Positions 37,788 through 49,194 of a DNA stretch of 56,491 nt are shown here, in pieces; within the stretch, counting starts at the first letter, position 1, and each line of letters starts with the position of its first letter. Both the position numbers and the translations under genes were made by a program. The notes under the pieces were generated by a model. The model ran no database searches, was not told where the DNA came from, and saw nothing but the letters and a program-made list of their open reading frames with translations. This DNA is from Trichosphaerium sp. ATCC 40318 (Eukaryota; Protista; Tubulinea), in NCBI GenBank assembly GCA_038496445.1, contig JALMLS010000003.1:1-56491 (forward strand). Reading direction: 5' to 3'.

Positions 37788-40700
37788 ATGGAAGCAGGTT
37801 CAGCAGAGGAACGCATCGAAATTGGCTACCCTCGTGATGCAGGTCCACAGCCAGCGCTGTTGACTTTAATAAGCGGCCCAGACGTAAGCACAAAGAACAC
37901 TACACCAATATTTATTTATATTTACAACAATCGTCTAACGCCAGTAGAACTCGTATTTTCAGCATATAATATCCCAAACCAACGTAACAATAGAGTTAGT
38001 GGGCCGCGCAAGTTGTACGTCGTTTAAACGCGTCAAAAACAACCTTAACGTACTATAGTGACCTCAACAAACGACACAACGGAATCTTTATCAGTTATTG
38101 TCAAGGGCTCTACAAAACAAGCACTAGATTCCGCAACAAAAATGTGCCGTGATCTTTTAACGCACGTCACTCCTACACTCACTTCATACATGTACGCCTT
38201 TTAAATCTACAAAAGCTAAAAAAGCAACAAACCGGAGAATCAACATTTATTTTGTTTTCTGATAATTTTGTTATGATTATTAACGTTTTTCTTCTAGGGG
38301 CGAAAAACCCGCACCTCCAGCACCTTGGGCACATCTAAAACCTGCAGCTCCAGCAGTCGTAGAACCAAAGACGGATGCTACGCCAGTTGCAGTCGCACCT
38401 GTAGCAACTACGCCAGCAGTTACACCTACACCTACTGTTGTAGCTGCTCCTGGAGTTACAGCTACACCTAGCGCTGCAGCTACTACACCTGTCGTTGCAA
38501 CTACACCGGCTGCTCCTCTTGACGACGCTGCGCCTTCAGTGGTTGCTCAAGAGCAAGTGCCAGCTACATCGACTGCTGTTATTGCGCCATCTCAACAAAG
38601 CGTCCAGGTTGGGCCACAACCGACAGTAGTTGTGCAGTCTAATGCTCCTGCGCTTGCCTTATATACAAGCCCTGGGCGTAGTCCCAGAGTAAAGAGTGCA
38701 CCAAGACCAAAACGAGCCCCGCCTATGGCCCCTTCTACAGATTATGTACGTTTATTTTTAGTATTCCAAAACAACCACAGTCAAATTTTCAGAGAAAATT
38801 ATAATTATACGGCTTGTTCTAAACAATATTTTAGCAAGGGCTACCTACTAGTGCGTACAAAAACCCATTATCAAGTCCGAGGCCAAAGAGCGATCCTCGC
38901 CCAAGAAGAGTATGTTTTGAAAAAACAAAAATGGCCATTTTTCTTTGACTGTCGAAATCCTTTTTGTATTTACGGAATCCTTAGCAAGCTCCTGCTCTCC
39001 CAAGACGCCTAACTTTTGAAGAAAGAAAATTGGCACTCCATAATGTTCGATGCGTACGTGGTATTTGAGATGTCTAAAATCGTACTAAACTGCGAATAAT
39101 AGCGGAGGCTATCATTGACTACAGGTGGATACACTGAGATTCCTGTTCCGCCACCAAAGCCGCCACCAAAGGTCATTCGTGTTAGAACATCGTCAGCTCC
39201 ACCTGCACCTACGATAGATATTGTTCTTCTTGAGGGTGTCACTCAGTTCAACGCGAAGTTTAAAAATGGAATAAACTTTTTCATTGAAAAAGGTTACATT
39301 GCTGCTAGGGAGCCTAAAGGTGGGTTTCTCTAAAACTTTTAATCTAACATATTTATTTGCTAGATATTGCTGAGTTTCTGTTCAAGCACAATGAAGTGTT
39401 AGATAAAGAACAGATTGGAGAATTATTTGGTAGTCCAGATGATATATGGTGTCAAGCATTAGAATGCTTTGCTACGCTTTTATCATTTAAAGGAAAAGAG
39501 TTTGATGACGCTATTCGTGTATTTTTACAATCTTTTAAACTCCCTGGAGAAGCACAGAAAATAGGACGTATTATGGAGGTATGCACAATACGGTTTCTTT
39601 TTTTTTTGGTACTAACTCTTTTTTGTAGTGTTTTGCGCATCGCTATGTTGCTGAAAACGGTGTAGAAGTATTTCCTACACCTGAAGTATGCTTTGTATTG
39701 GCATACGCCGTTATTATGTTGAATACGGATCTACATAATCCAGCTATTCTTGAAAAGAACAAAATGACGTTAGATCAATTTATTAGTAACAGTCGTGGAA
39801 CATGGCTCAATGGTGCCGATCCACCAGAAGAGTTATTGACACAGTTTTACACTAAAGTTAAAGAAAATGAGGTATTGCGTTTATTAGCGATGAGCTGTTT
39901 GAAGATTGCTAATTGTTGTGTTAGATTAAAATGTTCCCCACTGGAGACGCTGCTCCAGAGTCGCCTAAGACTAAAAAGAAGACAAAGAGGCACTACAGAA
40001 AGAGTATGATGGGCTTACCAAAGACATTGATAAAGAGGAAGACTAGATCTTCAAGCAACCTCGTAGAGGAACCAGCAGCACCCGAAATGACTCAAAGTAG
40101 CGATACATACACTAGATTAGACGTCTTGACTAAACTGGAACCATTTTTTGATGCTTCTGGAGCCTATACCTATGTTGCTCCTGAACCCTCACAAACGGTT
40201 AGTATTTTATATCAGGTAGCGTTTATTTAAATTTGCAATTAGGAAGGCGAAGCTGCACCTGAAGCACCTGCAGAGGACGATCACGTGTTGGTATGAGATA
40301 ACATTAAATACTGTCGTTGTCTGAGACTAAAACTTTCTTGTTTAAGGTCCTTGCCACGTGGATGCATCAAACTGTAAAGAAAAAGAATACATTACTTCGT
40401 TGTATGAACCTCAAGAAGGATTTAAGAGATGGTGTTGTTGGTATAACACTTTTGGAGTTTCTAAGCGGAGGAAGGCTTGATAAAGGTGGTTGGAATCAAT
40501 TCCCTCAAATTCTTCCTGATTATTACGAAAATCTTGAGGTGTTGATAAAGTTTTGTCAAGAGATGGGTCTTGAAACCGAAGCGCAACCGGAAGGTACGAT
40601 TATTTTAAGCAAGGATTTTCGAATCGTGTTTTGGTCTTGCTTGTATTTAATCTATTTGTGTAGATTTGTATAACGGAGATATGAAAATGATTATGCCACT

Positions 40701-42619
40701 CTTCTATGGCATGATAAAGAAATATGATCCGCTACATGCCAAAAAGAAGAAGAAACTTAAGATTCGTGCAATAAACCGTGATCAGTATGAGGTTGTTTAT
40801 GCAGCTCAACAACAAGCAAAGAAGGTACGTAGTAATAACTCTCTTTTCATACTAATAATTGAAACCAGGCTGCAGCCGCAGAAGAAGCAACTTCCGTTGA
40901 AGAATCTTCCAAAACTTCAAATTCGTTGTACGTTTTCGTTTTTTAGTTTTCCGGTATAAAACACATCAAGAACTAACATCATTCTTTAGCTATAACGTTA
41001 ATGCTTTGTTGGGCGATGATTGGACTCCTAATGAGGAGGAAAGTAGTGAGGATTGCAGCGCGTCTAGTAACAGTGCTCTAAAGCGTCCAATGCCGCCACC
41101 GTTTATGTCACAGATATCAGACTCTTCAATATCCGGATCTGGTGACTTGGCAGCGCAAGCACCAAGCTTTACAGAACCTTCAAGAGCGCCACCTAGCCTA
41201 GAATCATCTATAGATGGAACTGATGCCTCTCAAGTTCCTGATACAGATGCACCTGTTGGTAGTTTATCTTATCCGATGGGTGCAAAACCTCCTTTTAATC
41301 CAAGCAAACCTGCACCAGCGTCAACAAACTTGTCGTATCCAATGGGAGTAAAACCACCTTTCAATCCAAGCAAACCTGGTAGATCGGGATCTATTGATAG
41401 CAACCCTTCTATGCAATCGGGTGTGTCATTCTCAAGTTCAATACCAATTGCTAGAGCTTCTTCTGATCCTTCACTGTCCATGCTAGAGCAGAAATCACCG
41501 TATGTGAAATCAAGGTCCAGCTCATTTGTTGCACCTTCAGTTGATGGCTTATCCTATCCTATGGGAGTCAAGCCTCCTTTCAATCCCAGTAAGCCTGCAC
41601 CAAATGTTGGCTCTCCATCAAACACTGCAATGGCACGACCATTTCCTCCGAAGTTGGGTACACCTTATCCGATGGGAACGAAGCCTCCTTTCAACCCAAG
41701 CAAACCTGCACCATCGTCAACAAACTTGTCGTATCCAATGGGAGTTAAACCACCATTCAACCCTAGCAGACCTGCTCCCGCTTCTGTTGATACACCAAAC
41801 GTTGGCTCTCCATCAAACACTGCAATGGCACGACCATTTCCTCCGAAGTTGGGTACACCTTATCCGATGGGTACGAAACCTCCTTTCAACCCAAGCAAAC
41901 CTGCACCAGCCACATCTGGAGCTCAGCCAACAACACAAACGAATCAGGGATCACCTGGGTTTGCAAGACCAAGTCCACCAAAGCTTGGTTCACCTTATCC
42001 CATGGGAACAAAGCCTCCGTTTAATCCAAGCAAGCCTGCAGCGTCTGTTGTAAATACACGACCTGTACCACCGGGAATGCATTCTATGGGAAGACCTAAA
42101 GGGCCTCAACACATGCCTGGAGTGCTTAAGCGCCCTGCACCACCATCTGGATTACCTCAACCGGACTCTGCCCCACCGAAACGAGCACCGCCTGTTGCTT
42201 TTGGACAAAAGAAGTCAGTAAGTATGCGTCACTTTCCAAAAGGAGGTCCGAAAAAAATATCTCATCGTAGCTCTTTCTCTACTTTAAACGGAGCAAACAA
42301 GCAGTTTGTTCCACAGAAGTTATCTCAAAACACAGATTCTGGTTACTCTAGACCTAGTGCTCCACCAAAGGGTCGTCCTAAGTACGGTCAAGCAAAGGCA
42401 TCTATGGGTGGCGGTCCTCGAAAAAACAATGCTTTCTTGGCAGCCATGGCTTCTATGGTTGCTAAAAAAGCATCAATGAGGTTAAACGGACAACGATCTG
42501 GTCTAAAGGGGAAAAGAAGTTTTGGTAAACGAGCTGGCTCTGTTAAGAAGTTTGGAGGTACAGCTAAGAAGAGACCACCAATGTTCCGTCCTCCAGTTCC
42601 TGGACACTACAAGCAGTAG
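37788..42619 (+). CDS. KH (KHDC4-like) - Sec7 ArfGEF - calponin homology - Pro-rich repeat protein
   Basis: KH: ISGPDNSYFQHIISQTNVTIELVGRAS...ALDSATKMCRDLLTHV. Sec7: FKLPGEAQKIGRIME, AYAVIMLNTDLHNP. CH: NLKKDLRDGVVGITLLEFLSG...DLYNGDMKMIMPLFYGMIKKY. Start may lie further upstream. Confidence 0.8.
41268..42040 (+). repeat. Seven dispersed coding repeats YPMG(A/V/T)KPPFNPS(K/R)P
   Basis: Counted in ORF 41006..42619. Includes a near-identical ~110-bp duplication (~41600-41712 vs ~41797-41908). Confidence 0.9.
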
Positions 42620-42858
42620 TAAAAAAAAAGTCAAAAAAAAGGAACAGAGAAAAACAAGCTCTTTTTGCACTAGAGAAATTGGGCTTTTGTACAGTATTTG
42701 TAATAATAATATACGCTTGTCAAGTGAAGCTACTGAACGTTGAGTTTCTTGTTTACAGTATTGTTTGTAAAATTTTGAATGATTTATCAGTAACTAAAAC
42801 GCGAATTGGTTTGACTTATTATGAAAGTGTTTTTGTTTTGGCATCAGTTGAGGCTACC

Positions 42859-43535
42859 ATGCGGCGAGCAGGTGTCAATACATACATCCCTACTAAAGAC
42901 CCGGGAAGGATGTTACATTATACTTCGGGAAAGAGTTCTACAAGTTATAGAGTGGTAAATCCCGTTGAACATTCTAATATCAACGCTGAGGGCCACTCTA
43001 AATGTCAAAAACACGAATATGTACCTCCAGAGGTTAATAACAAAAATTTGTCGAGCAAAAAATAACACTGTAATAGAAAATCCGTATATCATGTTATTTC
43101 GAGTCATTACTATGTACAAACGCGTTAAATATTGGAGAACTGCCTTTGGAAGTACCACAAAACGTATACCAAACACTTTTTAATTCAACGAACTTTTATT
43201 TTTAACTCAGTGACAATTTTTTTCAGTCTACAGTAGAAAATGTGCGACAAATTCTATGTGACAGGTATCCACAGTGTTCTGATGTAATGAAACAATGTAT
43301 GATTCAAGTCAATGGAAAACAAGTGGATGAGAATTGTCAGATAAAGAACAATGACAAGGTTGTATTACAATAACATTGGGTTTTCGTGCTAGTGTTTGTA
43401 CTTGATCACCTAGAACACTCTTCCTAATGGATTCTAAGATAAAGGTGTTTGATTTATGTTTTAGCAAAGAAATGGGCAGAACTCAAATACCGTCGCAGGA
43501 GTCTCTATACAAAAAACAGTGCATGTGATAGTAAA
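42859..43535 (+). CDS. Small protein with MoaD/ThiS-like beta-grasp domain, lacking C-terminal GG
   Basis: LEVPQN/STVENVRQILCDRYPQCSDVMKQCMIQVNGKQVDENCQIKNNDK resembles MoaD/MOCS2A. 3' exons not cleanly resolved. Confidence 0.45.
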
Positions 43536-43778
43536 GTATTTTCTAAACTTTTTTATTTGTAATTACACAGCCAAGATTACAATTAAGCACGTAGAGTTGT
43601 TGGCGTGCTTTGTAGTTGGTGGACTTGTAGTTGGGCACTTGTAGTAGGCGAGGGTGTTGTTGGAGGACTTGTGGTGGGGTTGTCGTTGGAGCAACAGTAG
43701 TTGGAGGCTCACAATCAAAAAAGCCCAAGTCGTCACTCATGACAAAAAGTGAAGAGTTGAAACACCTATTTTATTCTT

Positions 43779-46314
43779 TTACATTCCTTGAGGGTTACCA
43801 CGTTGAGGTTGGAACTCAATCTCTTTATCTGTCGGATGATCAATACTATAAGAAATCTTACAGCGTTTCTCTTTTCCAGGAGGTATAATGCAACGGAATT
43901 TAAGCAAACTGTATGCATCAATAGCAACATTTGGATCGGACTTAGAAGGCTCCTCGAGCTTGATTTTAATACCGCTTTGAGATGTAAATGGTAATTGGAA
44001 AAAGACCAATGCAGTAATCTACAAAAATGATTAATAAACACATCCTTGGTTTAAGCACAAAACTGTTACCTCCTCTGCTTTGCTGTTTTTTATAACTGCA
44101 GTACGTGTAGTAGTGACATGCTTGGTTTTAGTGAACATACCAGCCTTTCCTTTATTCTGGACAACAGGCTAAAAATAATACAGTGAGCAAATGGTCAGAA
44201 CGACGAAGAAAAAGGTCTCTATTTTCTCGTGTTCGAACTATAGTACTACAGTACTTACCTTGCAATCAACCTTGATACCGCTATCTACACCCAAGTAAAG
44301 CTTAAAGGTAGATCCTGGTTGAGTGTTCTAAGCAAAAAGGTTATCACAGGCAAGACATAAACTCAACACAAAATTGTGCAACGTACTAGTAATCTTGAGT
44401 TGGCAACAAAAAAGTTGTCAACAAACACGTTCATCTTGCCATCAAGTAATTGATAAGCACTAATATTAGTAGCTACAGCCTTATAATATGCATTATTTGT
44501 TACAGTAGGTACCTAGAATAAAGATAAGTAACCCGCAAGGATATGCTAAACTTCAAAAAACAAAAAAAAAAAAAAACTAACAACATCAGTACGTACAGCA
44601 ACATATTCAAACCTAGCATCAAGATCAACAAAAGCTACTGTAACTTTATGTGGTTTATCATCAGACTCAATTGTAGATTTTCTAGAAAAAGAAAATAGTA
44701 AGCAACCTCACAGTAACCGCAACAAAAAAGAAACAACAACATTTTTTTTTTTTACCTTCTGATTTGGTACGTAGCACTTGTTGCACCAGCTTCCACACCA
44801 GCAGTGAGAAGATTAGGTTTGTTTGCTTTACCGCCTTCACCACCTTGAAGAAGTTCTTCGCTAAAACTAGCCATATCATCTTCCGATATAGACTCTTCTT
44901 CTGAATATACTGAAGCTGCTCTAACGCTGCTTGTTCTTCCTCTTTGTCCATAGTCTGCTACTGTTTTCCAGTCTACCTTGAGGGGTACAAGTAGTGGTGG
45001 TTCCCCACCAACTGAAGGCACTGCAGTAGATAGGAATAGATCAACCTAAAGAAATAACATAAGAAATCAAGTCACGTGCAACAAAATTTAAGACGTACAT
45101 TTTCCCAGTTTTCGCCTGTTGTATTTTTAATCATAGCGTTATACACAAGTCCAACAGATTTTTGTTTACTATCAACACGAGCATCGTATACACTTTCCCA
45201 ACTAGCTCCAAGTATGACATACGATAAAAGCAAAGAAACCTAAAGAGTTTTTCTTAACAGCTTGTATTTTTTTTGAAAGCAACTTTAACTTACCTTTCCT
45301 GTCTTCTTTGCAGCAAGTGATATTGTCACTTGAGACTTATCACCAGCAGCAACTGGCCTTTTACGTCTAATCTCGTCATTCACATCTGATATCTGTTTGT
45401 CAAGGTCTATTAAAAAAAGTTAGAACTAAAACCATAATTGTTGGTTTTTTACCTGCATTTTTGGCTTGAAGAGCAAACTCCAAGCCATCTAGACGCTCTA
45501 GTTCAGTCTTGTAGAATGCCATGAATTCACGTGCTTGTTCAATAGATATAGGGGAATATGACACAACACCATTCCTTGATTGAGACGAAGGTTGCAAGAG
45601 GTTATTGGAGTAACTTTCAATCCATTTTTTTTCAGTCTACAAATACAATAAACAATGGACCCTTTTCATCTTGTAACGCGGTACCCTTATTCTTTTGCTC
45701 TCTGCTGATAGTTTCTTGCGTTGTACTAGGAACTCGTTTTTCTTTTCTTGAAGTGGAAGGCTTTCTTTTTTGACGTCTTCATCATCCTTTTGCACTTCCT
45801 TTCTTGAGGTACGCTCGTACGCTACCTGTTTTGAGTATATGTTAGTTTTAGCTGCTCGTTATTCCTGAAAGCCGTTTACCTCAAGAATGACGCGCGATTT
45901 ATCTCCTCCGCGCACGCTTATACTGTCTTTTCGTACAATCGCTGAATATTGATGAGAATTGTGGTTAAAGTGGTTTAAACGTACATTCAGTTAGCATATT
46001 ATGCACGACAATGTCTTGGATTCCTATAGACGAGCGTTAGGAGAGTTTTTAAAAATAGGCGAACCTTCTTGCTCAATATCAACATTAACAGTACGCGTTA
46101 TTTCAGCCCTATCAGCGTATACTGTAACTTTCGCTATCGGACATTCGTCTGTGTTTGTTTTATGCACAATACCTGTTGGCTCTTGGTCCCATACATTAAA
46201 CTCTTCGGATGATCGTTTGCTTTGCTTTTGTGTTTGTGGTTCTTCAGTGACGGTGTTTTTGCGTGAACTCTTTCTACGCCTAGCAGACTTCTTACCAGAC
46301 TTTAGAGATGACAT
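43779..46314 (-). CDS. DUF4140/DUF4139 (MuiA / F37C4.5-like) protein
   Basis: IAKVTVYADRAEITR, LSYVILGASWESVYDARV, NTTGENWEN..LFLSTAVPSVGG, LYLGVDSGIKV motifs. Multi-exon. Confidence 0.85.
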
Positions 46315-46645
46315 TATGTGCTGTTTACGTGTGGTAAGAGCTATGTTACTGTACTTAGTACACAGCCAGGTTAAGGTAGCTCATTTTCGTTTTCAACAAT
46401 TTTGTTTTCGCTAAAAACTTATTTTCGGTTTTTGTTGTTTGAAGTTCACATATTTTGATCGACTAAAAACTGCTGTTTTTTGAATTCTAAAATGTTGTAC
46501 AAAAGGCGTCCAAAAAGAACGCATTTCAAAGAAATAGAACATGACCTAATTTCGCGAAATGTAGTGCAAACCCAAGGATTGAGAAAACTTTTAATCAAAT
46601 ATGTGTAGTTAAAACGTGACTTTTCTTTTATTCGTTTCATAACTT

Positions 46646-48883
46646 TTAATTGACAATCTCGTATGGCTTCTTTTTCTTGCTACAGAAGCAAGATAAACTA
46701 AATACACCAATCATAATAACAACGAATACTGCTACTCCACCTCCAACACCAGCAAGTATCGAGTTCAAGGTCGCTAAACATCATAATAAGTTGTTAAAGT
46801 CAAAAAAACCTCTTATTTTGCTTTCGTACGTGTTGTACATTCCAAGTCTCCAATGTTATTTGTAAAGTACCAAGGGCATGCAGCGCATACTCCATCTTTT
46901 GGAAAGAAACCTTTAAAGCATGGAGCACATTTTGCGTTGTCGTCGGATATGTTTCTACTTGGACATATTTTACAAGTTGATTGACCTGATAAATCTTGGT
47001 ATGTATTATTTGCACATGCTGTACAAACATATGCGCCTCTTTTTAAAAACAACATTAGTAATAATTCTATGGAAAAAACACAAAACAAAAGAGTGATGAG
47101 TACGTTGTATTTCCGAAACTACCAGGTTCACAAGGTGTGCATTTTACACTTGCTAGTTGTTGACCAACGGTACCTTTCGAAAAGTGTTAGCCAAAAAAGA
47201 AATCAGTGTAAGCGCTTACCAACTGGGCATGCTGAGCAGTTTGATGCATCAGATGTATTAGCAAAAAACCCATACCAACAGGCCTTACAAGAAAACAATC
47301 GTTCGTGACTCGCTTGACCAAGACTGCAGTTACCTTAAATAGGATAAATAAAAGTACATAGTTTTTTATGTACTTTGACACGAGTCTGGAATTGTTTGAT
47401 TCAGAAGCGTAACAGTTGTGTAGTTCTGTTTGAAATCGCCACGTATAAGTGTAAATTCACTCTATAGATGGACATGTTAGGTTCAAGGCGTAAAATCTTT
47501 GAGCAAGAGGCACTTACTGAAGGGTTACATTCAAAAGTATTCTCCTTGAGTATCAAATTATATCTGTTATTGTTGTAAACGTCTAGTGACATCATCGTGT
47601 TCCTAATGTTCATGAGATATAAGCCGTTGCAAGGAGGTATAATACATTTTGTTGGATGCTGTGAAAGTATTATTTACAAGTACAACACCGAAGTCTTCAT
47701 CTTTGGATCCGAAAGATAGACAATCCTAACGACAATTTAGCATATTAAACACAGTTGCAAAGTACCCCTTCTGGCGATGTGCACTTCTGTACTGAGTTCC
47801 GTATCTCAACGTTAGCAATGTTACTATTTTCTCCGCCAATGGATAGTTTATCAAAGGTAGAATCTCGCATCACAAGGTTCTTCCCTGTTGTCAAAGATTA
47901 TAAGACACAAAATTATGATTTGGGGACAGTACCTCTGTAGTCGGCCGAGCACTTAATAGATGTACCAGAAATATATAGACTAGTACCGCTTGATTCAGTA
48001 ACACGCAAACAATAGTTGAATGATGACGTTAGGATTGAGTCAATGATATGAATCTCGGCTGGCAACACGTTGAAATACGAAAGAAAACTTAATGAACACT
48101 GGGACACTGTAATATTTACAGATTTGGCACTGGTTGCGTTCCAAGCTAGTGTTGTAGCTACTGTCAAACCTGATAAAATTGTAAGTAAGATCACAGTGAA
48201 GATAAACTACGAACGTTCGAGAGTAACAGAGACTTCGTTCGAAATATTGAAAGTCTGCATCAAATAAAAAGTAAGCTGAATGTTCAAGTTTTATACGCGT
48301 ACCAGATCAAGTAATACAGGGTTACCCATCTGAGTTGGGATCCAATTGAATCCTCTTAGTACAAGTGGGTTCTTAGCACCCCACAAAACAGTCGTTGCTG
48401 TGTCAATGGAAACATTACCTAAAAGCAGACACGTGAATTTCAACGAGCTTAAAAAGGAAAGTCAACCACGTGTTTTTTTGAAAACAAACTAGGTGGCTTT
48501 TGCTGTTTTTCTCAAATCGATTCGTCTAGTATTTGACAAGTGACTGTTTTAACGTACCACCTATACATATAACGCAATCTTTGCTTTCGAGACACGAAAC
48601 TTTCTCAATCGCCTGTTCAATGGAGTGATAAGGTGCCTCACGCGTGCCGTTTCCCTACATGTTGTTTAATCGCTAAAATCCTTCTTTTGATGATAGTGTA
48701 CAGTATTGGTGCCAAAACTTGCTACAAAGCTATCACAATCATCTAGAACGCGTCATAAGTTGTTGAATAATCGCTCACACTCAGTGTTGTTATTTTATTC
48801 TTACCAGCCGATGAGTACTTTGACCCGAGTGTAAGAGAAGTTATTGAGAGTAGCAACAGAACAAAGACGAAGTATTGCCACAT
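46646..48883 (-). CDS. Type I membrane protein with beta-helix-like ectodomain and Cys-rich (GCC2/GCC3, ephrin-receptor-like) repeats
   Basis: Signal peptide MWQYFVFVLLLLS; GTREAPYHSIEQAI; CTACANNTYQDLSGQSTCKICP; TM AGVGGGVAVFVVIMIGVFSLSCFC. Confidence 0.7.
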
Positions 48884-49194
48884 TGGATGTTTCGTAAAAT
48901 ACTACAGAAATTTCGTACTTTTGAAGAAGACACGTGTCAAGTTCACTGACCAAATTGAGGTGCAATTTTTTTACTTATGTAAAGTCATTTTATACTTTAG
49001 GTGAGATTAGGCATTACGCTGTTAATTGACATCTGCTTTTTCGTGGTACACATGAAACAACCTATCACAGTTAATACTACTGATGTCGTTACCCCACATT
49101 GCATTGGCCATTGTAGGTGTAGTCGAAAGAACAGGAGGACTTGTAAACGCCAGTAAATAACAGCAAATACAGTCTTGTTTTTAAAATTACTTTA

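Noticed and set aside
43590-43740. Pro/Thr-rich mini-ORF on the minus strand
   Set aside because: Short, frame-broken, low-complexity remnant in a 3' region.
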